This document shows, in pieces, positions 1-11,279 of a stretch of DNA of 64,000 bases. A model generated the notes under the pieces. That model was not told the origin of the DNA. It saw nothing but the letters and a program-made list of their open reading frames with translations, and ran no database searches. The stretch lies in the NCBI RefSeq assembly GCF_000143415.4, contig NW_003314331.1:436164-500163 (forward strand), read 5' to 3'. The position numbers and the translations under genes were made by a program. The first letter of the stretch is position 1. Each line of letters starts with the position of its first letter. Origin of the DNA: Selaginella moellendorffii. Its lineage: Eukaryota; Plantae; Lycopodiophyta.

Positions 1-2760
1 CCCCCGTTAACAGGGGGGGGAATTTGGGTTTAGCCCCAACCCGGCGGAAAAAAAAGGACAGCCCCCCAAGAAAGAGTTAAATTTTCCCTGGGGTGGGTAA
101 ACAAGGCCCAACTTCCCCCTTTTCCCCCTTATAATTTGGGAACCCCCCAAAGGAGGACCCCCCCCCCCCCCCTCCCACCTTGAGGAACACACGCTTTGGG
201 CTTTCACCCCAAGCCTCCCTTAGTATCAGAAGTTAGTCTCTGGGACAAGCTCGAAACTTACTAAATATGGAATAGCACTAGATTGCAAATTTGAACATGG
301 GACAAACACTATTGTGTTCAGGCCAATCTCTACATTCCGTAGATATGCCAAATGAGCAAATTTGGACACTTTCCATAAATAGCATTTATGAACGAAATAA
401 GACTAACACAAAGGGCATGATAATGAGGGTGTTTAGCAGACACAGTAAGCTATCATCCAGTGATATTGAAGGATTAATCTCAATACACGAGGGTTCTTGT
501 CACTAGCCAGTGCAAGACAAAACGAGACAGGAACTCCTTACCGGGCTAAGTATGCTTAGTTAATAACACGTAGGAATTCCATCCTTATACTTGTCCGGTC
601 TAAGTACACTCGAAATACCCAGATAACTCCACTAGTACAAGAGGGGCTGATAAAGGGTCCAGCAATACTAACCTCTTGCCATCATGGTAATAAGGAAAGA
701 GTGTCCATAAGGACTAGCCGACAGGTAACTTTTGATACCCGAAGTCATATTCACGACAATAACCAAGGGTGGTTATGCAAGTTGGGAGTGGAGAATCAAT
801 TGAGTGTTTGAGCATGTTGTTATTAGCAACCATGATGCCATGGAGAGTCGAAAACATGAAATTGTCCATGTTAAACCATATGGTAATTAAAAAGTTTGCG
901 AAAGGAGAGGCCTTAGCAAGCTAAGGAACAGAGTTCCTTCAAGGTTTTTAAAGACAATTCTAGGTAGTTTAGTACCTAGAAAGCCAAATGTAAAAGGTTT
1001 ATATAACGCGCAAAATCAAAGTGGCACAGCAGAAGTGTGGTTTTGAAGCTTGCCATAAGGCAAGGTTATCAAGGTTGGGGAAGTAATTCCCGAGTGTTCA
1101 AAGGGATGGCTTTGAACAAAAGTTGATGGTCAAAGACTTTCACACTTATGCATGAAACCATATTACGTTGGTCGAATGACTTGTTAAGCAAGATTGGCAA
1201 GTTAGGGGAACAAATCCCCTAATTGAAGGTGCTAACTTCAAAAGGGGTGGCCCATGGGGCCAAGCATGAAGGAGTCCATGCATAATCATAGACTTGTCAA
1301 GTGAGAGGACTTGGTAGTGCAAAGGAACTAGGTTCCTAAGCTGTAATCTGTAGCGCACTTTAAGTATAAATTGGTACACTAGCGTGGGGAGTCATGCCAG
1401 GCATCCTGGGTGATGCCATCCATAGATGCATATATAGAGGTTGGGTTTGAATCCTAACCCTCTAGTGCTTGGATTCAAATCCCAACTCACTAGGGCGTGG
1501 TGATGATTTGGAATATAAGGACACTTATTTTTCGGTGGTCATGGACTCTTAAGAAGGAGACTATCTTGGGCACACCGCTAAGCAAAGGATGCCCCAAAGT
1601 CGTGATGCATGGTTAAATTGCTTAGTATGGCTCGGTATATCTAACTTGAATATGTTGGTGCAAGAGGCACCAAGGATGTGGTGAATGAGATGGGGATACT
1701 CAGTCTCAGTTGCTATGGACCCTTGGCCGGAAGGGCTAGCTTGGGTGCACCGCCAAGTATGGGGGATTCCCCCAGGGTTATGATTAACAAGATAAAGGTC
1801 TGAAAGATTTAGTACCTATTGGCAAACCTGTTAGATCACTATGTGATCTTACAGCTAAACAAGGACGAGGTCTTTATGAGGTTAAGGAATAAAGTCCTAG
1901 TTCAAAGTGTTGATTTGAACTATCCTTTTGGTTCCATGGCAAAGACTCTATTTTGCTAAGTCCAAAGGGTGCTCACCTGAAATAGGTCTTTTTAGCATTT
2001 TTTGCTATAAGCTCTATCGACAGCCCAACTTTGTGACCCTCCGATGGGTCTTTCTTAAAGCCTAATTTTTTGGACTCACTATACCATCATATCAGCACAA
2101 CTGATTTTCCCTTTAAGTATCCTTCCCACTTGGTCACCTTGACCAAGCCACACCATCATCAATACCTTAAGAATGGAGGTAACAATCCTATATTGCTTAG
2201 TGTAACAACTAATGGATAGGAACAAAAGACTAGTGGCCAAATGTAGGCCATGGAATTCATTGGAAAGAATCTAAATGGCAAAGTTAAGCAAAGAACATTA
2301 ATATGTTATATACTAATGGATTGTGGGAAAGAATAAGTGTTTCCAAGGATGGATTCCTAAATGTTCCAATTTGGCAAAAGTGAAAATTTCAAGGGGGGAG
2401 CGGCAAGGTAGCTAAATGATAGGGTTGTGAATAGCCTTAGTACAATTTATGATAATTGAAATTTAGTGCTAAAGGTGGCACGAAATAAAAAAAAAGATGA
2501 TAGTGCCCTCAAGTAGAGAACTTCCTAGGATGGGAAAGTGGAATTTGTATAATATGTGCAATGAAAGGTGTCAAAGACACCTAAGAAATTAACTTCGAGA
2601 AGTCAAGATTAAAAGTTCTAAAAAGGAATGGTTATATCGATGGAAGTTGAAATTACTCAAGAATGAGTAATGGGATTGAGATAGAAAAGGTGTCTTTAAC
2701 GGGTTTAATGGGAATTACACCAATAAAAAGGAGAGAACTGTAAACGCTCCTGGGTTTGGT

Positions 2761-2813
2761 CTTCCCGGGAGGTCACCCATCCCAGTACTACTCAAACCCA
2801 AGGACACTTAACT
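2761..2813 (-). promoter_or_regulatory. 5S rRNA-derived Pol III internal promoter (A-box to C-box) in 3' LTR
   Basis: Minus strand AGTTAAGTGTCCTTGGGTTTGAGTAGTACTGGGATGGGTGACCTCCCGGGAAG aligns with plant 5S AGTTAAGCGTGCTTGGGCGAGAGTAGTACTAGGATGGGTGACCTCCTGGGAAG. Confidence 0.92.
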
Positions 2814-3160
2814 CCAACTATCCCAAGACCCTTGACCGATTGGAAAAGGGGGTGCACTCTTGTTCATAGGCCCTTTCCCTCTATATTTGAACCCCATGGA
2901 TCGTCTCTCAAGTCGTTCTCTTTGGTTGCTTACAATCCACCATGCTTCCCTGCAAGTTCACGCCCTCGTGAACGGAAGCTGAGAGCCGCAGCTCTCCCGA
3001 GAGCCCCACTCTCTTGACACCCTACCCCTCGGGTCGAGCCCAGCGGGAGCAAACTGGACCAGCCAGATGTCAATCAACATGTGGTGTGATTCCCCTAGCC
3101 AACCAACAGAGTCGGACCCGAGACCCTCTGATACCAAATGTAAACGCTCCTGGGTTTGGT

Positions 3161-3213
3161 CTTCTCGGGAGGTCACCCATCCCAATACTACTCAAACCCA
3201 AGGACGCTTAACT
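3161..3213 (-). promoter_or_regulatory. 5S rRNA-derived Pol III internal promoter in 5' LTR
   Basis: Minus strand AGTTAAGCGTCCTTGGGTTTGAGTAGTATTGGGATGGGTGACCTCCCGAGAAG. Confidence 0.92.
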
Positions 3214-3734
3214 CCAACTATCCCAAAACCCTTGACCGATTGGAAAAGGGGGTGCACTCTTGTTCATGGGCCCTTTCCCTCTATATTTGAACCCCATGGA
3301 TCGTCTCTCAAGTCGTTCTCTTTGGTTGCTTACAAGAACCACCCTAGGTGGTTGAATAGTCTCTATATTATAGAGACTATGCTCCTTAGAAAATGGTGAG
3401 CCTACAGTGTCAAACCATTAATAAATATTGGTTGGGTGCCAAGGATGGAAAGGGTAATACATGTTGGTGTTACTTTATAAAATGGATTACCGTTTGATGA
3501 AGACATTGAACTTCGTTTATAGGTGGTGGAGTTGTGAGACATAAAATCCTTAGGCCCCAAAGTGGAGCCAAAAGGGTGCCACATGGTAATGGCTGAACTG
3601 AAAGCCAAATGAGCATAATATGTTTGGACTAAAAGCTCTAACTTGAAAAGTCGAGAGCGGGAGTGGAACTCCTAACAAAGGGCTCAAGGAATGAGCATGA
3701 AGCAAGCAATAAGTGAATCTTTAAAAAAGGGACT

Positions 3735-4112
3735 CGAGACGGGGTCTGAGATGGAATCCAAAATGGAGTCTAGGATGGAGTCCGAGATGGACCCGGGATG
3801 GCCTAAGGTGGACCCGAGATGGAGTCCGAAATGGAGTCTAAGATGGACCGAGATGGAGTCTAAGATGGAGTCTAAGATGGAGTCCGAGATGGACCCAAGA
3901 TGGAGTCCGAGATGGAGTCTGAGATGGAGTCTGAGATGGACCCGAGATGGAGTTCGAGTTGGAGTCCAAGATGGAATCTGAGATGGACCCGAGATGGAGT
4001 CTAAGATGGACATAAGATAGAGTCCAAGATGGAGTCCAAGATGGAACCGAGATGGAGTCCAAGTTCGAGTCCAAGATCGAGACCGAGACCAAAACTAAGT
4101 CCGAGTTTAAGT
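3735..4112. repeat. Degenerate ~12-bp tandem array (GATGGAGTCYRA, with 11-bp GATGGACCCGA variants)
   Basis: Directly visible; produces the repetitive spurious ORFs on both strands. Confidence 0.9.
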
Positions 4113-6319
4113 CCAAATACTAATATAGGCTATTGGGTGAAAGCCCAAAACGATCATCCCCCAAGAGGGGTGCAGGGGGTTCCAAAAGTATAGTGGGGAG
4201 AGTGTGGGGTTTGGATCCCAGTGGAGCCAATTTGGCCAAAAAAGGCCAATTTGGCCCAGAAAGGTTGTACCCAAGTGTTGGATGATAAGATAACCATTAG
4301 GAAGTCCAAGGCTAGAATGAATACGGACTGACAAATGGGATAGATTGGTGAAGTGTTGAAAAGCCGACTCTAGTTCCCCTGGGAGATCAAATGGTCAATG
4401 CTCTCAATCCAAGCTTGGGTGGGACTACCTACTTGGATACTTAGTGTGGCTCAACGGAACCTCGCTCTAAGCCCATAGCTAGAGCACTTAGCGGAAAGTG
4501 GGGAGAGTACCCATGAGACTCACGTAAGGCCACAGTGTTCTGAAATGTTATCCTAAAGTCTTAGCGTATGGAAAAGAAGAGGAACGATCCTCTGGTGTAG
4601 TGACTAAGGATATAGTCATATGGTGTCTTAGTGCCAGAGGACAGTGGGACTTAGTGGTCAAGCCTGTGGGCCTTGCCCTAGTGGCAATGTTAGCAAACAC
4701 AGCCATAGATAAAAAAAGGATTTGGTGGAGACTGTAAAAGGGATATTAGGAAAGGTTATTTCTTATGTCTATAGGCATCCTAAGGATGCTAAGGAGTGGA
4801 GATAGGATGATCACTCATGGATAGATGGTCCAGTCTTTGAGAGACAAGACTATGACACAAGTGGTGTTAGACCACTAGTGTAACCAAGGTGAATAGGTAT
4901 GGCCTTAGCATAACGGACTGATATGTCAATAATACCTTAGGGTGTTAATTATGGGATCAGACACATGAAACACTTAGACCCAATGCAAAAGTTGAATGGC
5001 ATGGATGCCATTCTTGGGGCTAACAAGCCCCAAGCCCTGAATTAGACTTATGGAGGTTGTCAATTAGACTCCTCCAAGTGGTTAGAAATGTGGTTAAGTG
5101 ATTAAAGTAGAATGAAAAATTTAATCACTTACAAATTAAACATCAAAGTACAGAACATGTCACTCCAAGAACAATTATTCCCTTTGAGTCCTTTTATTTT
5201 CACTATCAACATAATCTATAAAGAGATTTTATATTAAATGCTCCATGCATTGTTTGTAGCACTAAAAGAAATTCTTGATATATATCTAATAAACAAATAA
5301 AAAGGCCTTGAAAGGCTTGTATTATAACTATAACATTCAAAACAATATTTGTTAACAGGACAGCATATACTAGGCAAATGCTACCACTGATTTTGTATCC
5401 TATCTTAGAAATTATAGATTGAAATTATTGATCTTATAAAGTTGGATTTAAAAAAATTATAGAACTAATAGACATATTTGGCATGCCAAAGAGGTTTGCA
5501 CTTCTGGTGTAGAGAGCTAAGAAGCATCCAACTTTACCCCTGGAATGTTCTGACAGTACAAATAACTTCACTTTGCAGTCAGTGATCCATGTGGAAGCGA
5601 AATCCAACACTGATCAAGTCCACTTCCAAGTATCGTTGTTTGATACCTCTGTCCCTGGAGAGCAGACTCATAGAAGCTGATTGATGATCATTGTTCGGCA
5701 ATATGGGGAAGTCACGTTTAAGACTGTGCTAGAGAGACGATTGACTCTTTCAGAGATGACAAACACGATCTTTGGGATTGCTGCCTTGCAAGGAATAGTC
5801 ACTTGAATCGAGCCAGACAGTCCGTTCCAAGAGACGCAATTTTCTTCTCGGTCCCAACGTCCTCAAACTCAAGTGCGTCTAAAGTGCGGCTGGTGGCTAT
5901 GCGCCTACATTTGTGCTCAAACCTGGCCTTGAGATGCATCCAATCCATCCACCTCAATCTCAGAAGGAACTATTAGAACCAATGGCAAGCTCTTCATCTG
6001 AAACAAGTGACGAGAATCTGTTTTTCTTAGAAACTAGACTGTACAATCTACGAGGGTTTCCAAAACACGGTGCGGGCCGGGGGAGCGGTGGCCACGCGCC
6101 CGTCGCTGATGAGCTGTGGGGTTCTGGGCACCATCCCCACCATGCTGGGCCCAGGGTTTGGATCCTCGTCTTGCAAACGCGCTACCAGCCGGTCAGCCGG
6201 TCCACCAGCTGACCGGCTGACCGGCTGACCACCGAAGGCGCCAAAGGGGAAGTCTTAAATTGGGATCGTAAGACTGGATTCCGCAATGGGCAGCTCATTG
6301 TCTCGAATTTTTCCAGCTC

Positions 6320-7149
6320 GTGGGATGTCTCCCTGGAGGAGATGCCGGCAAATCAACACAAAGTCCGACACAACACCATTCGACCGACGGCTGTGCCTTG
6401 ATCTTCCCAACGAACTGCCCAATCTTCCAGCTCGTGGGCATTGCCATGGTGATCCTGCCCTGCGTTTGGGAGAGATGCGCCAACTTCGAAGTTTCTCTGG
6501 AGATCAGGAGCCTCTTCGTGGGCGTGGACGACGAGGATGTAATCATCAGCACCAAGGCTCTGGGATTCTATCCGTACCGCGTCAAACTCCGGATCGAGCC
6601 GCAGCTTGGTGAGATGGAGAGCCCTGACATTGTTCTCTACGATTTCCACGATGGCGATGGCAATTCCAGCACACATACCACGAGCTGCGATGGTGAGATT
6701 GGAGCTGAACTTAGTTTATGGCACTCTCTGGGACGATCACTTCAAGAGCCAATGGAGTACGAGTCCATCACTGTTGGAGTTCCAGGGAACACAGCCGGGC
6801 TCGAGTGGAAACTCCTTCGCTGGAATCACAATGGGAATCCATCCAAACCATACTCTGGCCTGGGCTCCTTAAAGGTAAATCATGTTTTTACTGCTTCTTT
6901 TCTGAGGGTGATCCATATTAGCCGCCATTGCGAGGAGGACGCACAAGGATCAACGTGGAAGACTTTCCCATCGTTCTGTGGCATCTGACTGCAAGCATGG
7001 CGTCCGTTCCGCTCCGGTTCAAGCTTCATCTCGAGGCCGAGATGCATCTCGTCTGGTACACGGAAAGCAGCTGGATGTACCGTGAAGCCAATTGCACCAG
7101 GGAGACATTTGAGTTTTCTTTTTAGTTTGTTGTCACAGATGGTGAGTAA
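6320..7149 (+). pseudogene. Divergent, N-truncated copy 1 of unknown gene family (paralogue of 15022-16352)
   Basis: Shares ALGFYPYR, GNTAxxEWKLLRWNHNG and KPYSG..SLK. Same-position GT-AG intron 6875-6921. Exon 2 PPLRGG..VEDFPIVLWHL..FKLHLEAEMHLVW; in-frame TAG at 7123-7125 before FVVTDG. No homologous start found. Confidence 0.75.
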
Positions 7150-7486
7150 GAAGCATGTCGAAATAAGTGGCGGAGCCTTGCTTTGAGCAAGACCAATAGA
7201 GCGTGATAACCATCTACAAACTTGTAGTGTCACCAGGCTTTCGTCCACTCGTTCTTCTCATTTTTTTTTATCTTACCTCACTCACGCTAAGAAGCGTCAA
7301 GTCCAGCACATCCATCTCCTCGTTTAGGAGGAAAAATGCGCTTGGTTCCACATCCATTTCCTCATCCCTGTGGCTGGCCGCTAGGAAACTGGAGCAGAAA
7401 CACTCGCGCGCGCAATCGTGCTAGAAACCAAAGGAAAAAATGCACTATGATTGAGGAAGAATGCGAGTATTACAAAGAATTCTTCT

Positions 7487-8040
7487 TTACAATGAAAAAA
7501 TCAAAGGAGAAACGAAATTAAGAGACTTCGTTGTGGAGCCCAAGAACAACAGCTGTAATGGCAGCTTTTTTAGCCTTCTCACCCAGACTCCACAGCATCA
7601 CGGTGCCTACCAAGATCATCACCATCTTGGGTCTCACCTGCAAAAGCAAATAACAAAGAAATCCCTCACTGGAAATCGAAAAATTAAAACTACCTCGACA
7701 ATGTCATCCCACAGCAAGAATACGCTGCAACCGAGCTTCCTGGCCACACTGATCACGTACACCACGTTTTGTTTCTTCTCGTCATCTGCAATTCATAAGA
7801 TTATATCGATTAATTTGGACGGGACTAAGTTCGTTTGCTTGCCTGTTACTCCTTTGGTCACGATCTGCCAGTTTACAACACATGGTTCTACAGCCCAGAG
7901 AAGACCCAGGAAGAAGATGCCAACATTAGTTCACAGCAAAGTTTGTACCTTGAAACTCTCCATACGGGCTCTCCTTGCCTGAGCGCTTCACTTTATTGTT
8001 GGCCCATTTCAAGATGTCGTAGGCCGACACCACCTTCCGT
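7487..8040 (-). pseudogene. Fimbrin C-terminal (last CH domain) gene fragment
   Basis: Spliced translation [91 protein letters not shown] matches plant fimbrin. Has a 1-nt frameshift, retains introns and lacks the rest of the gene. Confidence 0.85.
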
Positions 8041-8709
8041 CTCAATTTAATGTCGTCCGCAGGTCTTTGGATTATCAGCATGATCCCGCATTTAAAAATT
8101 CGTTCAAGAAAGGTGGTCCTCAAGTAAGAACATTTGAGCCCATCTTCTGATATGTATGTACTTGAAATTTTGTATACACAATTTTATTGAAGAGATTTGT
8201 ACTCTATCAACCTCTCGACTTGTAGCAAGCAAAACATAACGAGCTGAGTCCTGGGGATCGATCACGCTTGTCCCACAGCTCGAAAGTTAACGGTAGCGCT
8301 GTGATCTTGCTGGCAAGCGCAGACCCAATCTCTCAAGTCAGCAAGAAAGTGAGCTGCTTGGGTTGCTGGAAGTAGCCAAAGCAAAGAATGCAGCTATACT
8401 GTTGCTTCGATGGAACGAGTTTGGAACCATGGACGTGACGAGCAGGAGACCTCTCCTACCGTGGAGAGAAGCACGGCTTTGTAGAGATCTACATTGTCGA
8501 GTCCATACATAGCGGGCCCATCGCGCAAGCGCTGGAAATACGCAGTTTGGTCCATCAGGACTCGCACCAGCCTCGATCGAGCTCGGCTCGGATCGACAGG
8601 GATGCCTTTAATCTCGTGATCACCCGTCGCATGTGCGTGCATGATGGACCTGTTCGATGTACCTTAAGGAAGCAAAATGTTTGTTCGATTTTGCTCCTTG
8701 CTGCGACAT

Positions 8710-9150
8710 GGTTTCCTGGACGACAATTCGCTCTATATATGTCAAGAATAGATGTTACCAAAATGTTATCAAGATGTTATCAATACCAAAACATGTGGTC
8801 ATGTCACAAATCGGAGATTTGCATGGAGGCATGGTTGTAGTTAATGTTTCCAAGACAAGTGCCACTGGCATAAAAAAAACAAAAACAAGCTACATGGTGA
8901 AGACTAGATTGGAGGAAGATGTTCACTGGTCGATTTTAGGTGTGTTTTTGGAAATGTAGCTGCCACCAAAATTTCTTTGGAGTTCTTGCGAATTTGTAAT
9001 TTGCTGCTAGTCTTATTTACTTTTGTAATCAGTCAGAATAAGCATTCACAACAAAATAAATTTTCATGCAAAAGAAAGGAAAATTTATTTAGTTACATGA
9101 AACCATTAATGAAAATCAGGATTAGAAGAGGATGGATCTTGAAGCATCAT
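8710..9150 (+). repeat. Left arm of degenerate inverted repeat (partner ~10865-11235)
   Basis: Shared blocks in reverse complement: TCAATACCAAAA, TGGTTGTA.T.AATGTTTCC, TGCCACTGGCA, AAATCAGGATTAGAAGAGGATG. Confidence 0.7.
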
Positions 9151-9529
9151 GATCCGTGTCTTGGGCTTCCCTGGATCCCTATGCAGCTTTGTCTTTCAAT
9201 GGATCGGTCTAAGAGAGTGATTAGATTCACTAGCGCTGTTCTTGCCACGTGTAACTTTTGAAAACTTCACGAGCACAGATGGAGGAGTTGAGGAATCTAG
9301 CTCAAGCTCTAAAGGGATATGAAGCTTTGCAGCATATCTCACCCTTGGTGTTTTTGGGACGAATCGATCATTGTTAAGCTATCTTGCTCCGCCAACGGTG
9401 TGATTAAGGGCGGTGTGATCTCGTCCTCCATGAAGTGGCAATCCCCGTCCGAGAGAAATTAGGACACTTTCTATATTCCACTTGATTTTTTTGTTTCCAA
9501 TGAACACTTTCAGGACAGTGGATTCAATA

Positions 9530-10589
9530 GAAACTCGTGATGAAACTGAAATCCCTCGCTAGTCCAATTGGCCACTCGGAGCAGCCGGTTCGTGCCCACA
9601 AACCACAGTAGATGCATCCCCACAACTGGAACTTGAATGGAGCGGAAACTTTGATCTCATGCTCGAGTGGAGATGCCACATGACGTCGGGAAAGTTTTCC
9701 ACTTTGATTCCTGTGCTTCCTCCTGGAAATGGGGCCTGGAAGAAAAGATAGAACTGAGATAGACATGGCTATGGCTATGGAGGACGAACCTTGAGAGACT
9801 TGGTTCCAGAGTGTGGCTTTTGCGCGTTGTACCTCACCCCATTGTGGCTCCATCGCAAAAGCCTCCACTCAAACACCGCCGTGTTCCCAGACTCCTCCCC
9901 GCCAGCGCTGATCATCCCCGTCTCTGTCGATTCTTCGTATTCCATTCCCCAGATCCTCTCCCCACCTCCACTGATCTTGGGCGTGTAGAGTGGGATCGCG
10001 ACGGCACTGCTCGTTCGAGAATCTAATCCGGTAGGGGTAGAACCCCAGCGCCTCCTCGTTCTTGAGTACGTCCATCAAGAGCACGCCCACTGATAAGGTA
10101 TCGATCCGGAGCTCCACATCCACGTTGGCGGGCGTGATCCGGACCTTGGGCTTGGTCGCCAGTGAGATTGCCACGCGCTGCTCGCGGACTTTGTGCTGGA
10201 TCGATGCCAGGATCGTGATGGGCGAGCTACGGTTTCTGGTGTCGAGTTGGATGCAATGGCAGGGCCGCCATGTATGGTCGTCGAAGAGGGGATCATCTGG
10301 ATCCCCGGCATTGGAGGATCGCGCTGCCGGCGCCGAGTAGTCGATCTGGGGGATGGAGGCGGAAGTAGTGGCGGAGGAAGAGCTGGAGGCCGAATTCATC
10401 CTCGCGGACCTCTTGGAAGCAGTGGAAGAGGATCCAATAGTTGCGGAGGAACTATTGCATCCAGTAGAAGAATTGGACAACGAATTCTTCCTCGCGACGG
10501 AAAGGAGGGATGGAAGGGGCCTTGAATGTGGGTCTAGGATTTTCTTGGCCCCAGCGAGCTTTATCGGCACAGCTCCGGATCTCCTCCAT
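9530..10589 (-). pseudogene. Copy 2 of unknown gene family, frameshifted and with internal deletion
   Basis: Near-identical blocks to 15022-16352 (SIPQIDY, WRPCHCIQLDTRN, IQHKVREQRVAISLA, LGFYP, GNTAVFEWRLLRWSHNG). Same intron position (donor GTTCGT); several frameshifts. Confidence 0.9.
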
Positions 10590-10864
10590 GGAAAATTTTG
10601 AATTTGCAAAAATGCCATCTTGATTCCGGAGTGTACGGAAGAAAGTGTCAACGAACGTCAAATGCGTGGAATTCTCAAACGCGCCTGTCCGAATTATACG
10701 GGAGACCGAGCTGTGATATCTTAGTTTTTGGGCTGCATATCTATCTATCGATAGTCTTTGTGGTGCCCATCTTGAAGCATGAGACTGATAGATGCATCAA
10801 GGCAAAATCACAAGCTCATACTTCTAAAATCCCATTCAAGACACTGCAAGATTTGTAATGATTA

Positions 10865-11235
10865 TAATGTTTCAGGATGCATCCTCTTCTAATCCTGATT
10901 TATTTTTGCTAATAGTATCATGTCTGTTTATCACATCAGTCTAACACACTGAATCTAACTCAAGTAAATTTTCTTTGGATGAAAAGTTATTTTACTATGA
11001 AATAAATTTGACTGATTACAAAAGTAAATACCAAATAGATTCACAAGAACAATTCCTACAGTTCCTTGTGCCAGTGGCATTTGGATTTTGCTGGATTGTT
11101 AGTGGAAACATTGATTACAACCACATGTAAATATTTAATTTTCCCGGACTTGCAATATGACAACATACTCTTCAAATTTTGGTATTGACATAAGTGAAAT
11201 TTAGTAAGAGGTTTGTTGTGGAGATCCTGGAAAGT
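10865..11235 (-). repeat. Right arm of degenerate inverted repeat (partner ~8710-9150)
   Basis: Reverse complement shares the blocks listed for the left arm. Confidence 0.7.
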
Positions 11236-11279
11236 ACCAGCATAATAATTGAAAAATGTAAGCAACTTAATAAGGGCAA

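Larger units (their letters stand above)
2739..3334 (-). mobile_element. Cassandra-type TRIM (non-autonomous LTR retrotransposon with 5S rRNA domain in LTRs)
   Basis: Two 196-bp LTRs (2739-2934, 3139-3334; TGTAA...TTACA) differing by 5 transitions. TSD AGAAC at 2734-2738 and 3335-3339. tRNA-iMet PBS TGGTATCAGAG on minus strand at 3126-3136. 204-bp non-coding interior. Confidence 0.95.
221..5090 (+). mobile_element. Decayed repeat, probably an LTR-retrotransposon relic; host of the TRIM
   Basis: PBS-like TAGTATCAGA at 221. No long ORFs; internal tandem array. Segment ~420-690 recurs inverted at ~60815-61080. No gag/pol motif recognised; boundaries approximate. Confidence 0.4.

Noticed and set aside
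1-220. Homopolymer-rich sequence and 66-aa ORF
   Set aside because: Looks like low-quality read or contig-end sequence; no reliable feature.
2761-3213. 5S rRNA gene
   Set aside because: Only the internal ~53-nt promoter core is present, embedded in LTRs; not a full 5S gene.
3684-4116. Repetitive ORFs or CRISPR-like array
   Set aside because: Tandem minisatellite without unique spacers, in a eukaryotic context; ORFs are by-products of the repeat.
7461-7982. 173-aa plus-strand ORF
   Set aside because: Antisense shadow of the fimbrin fragment.
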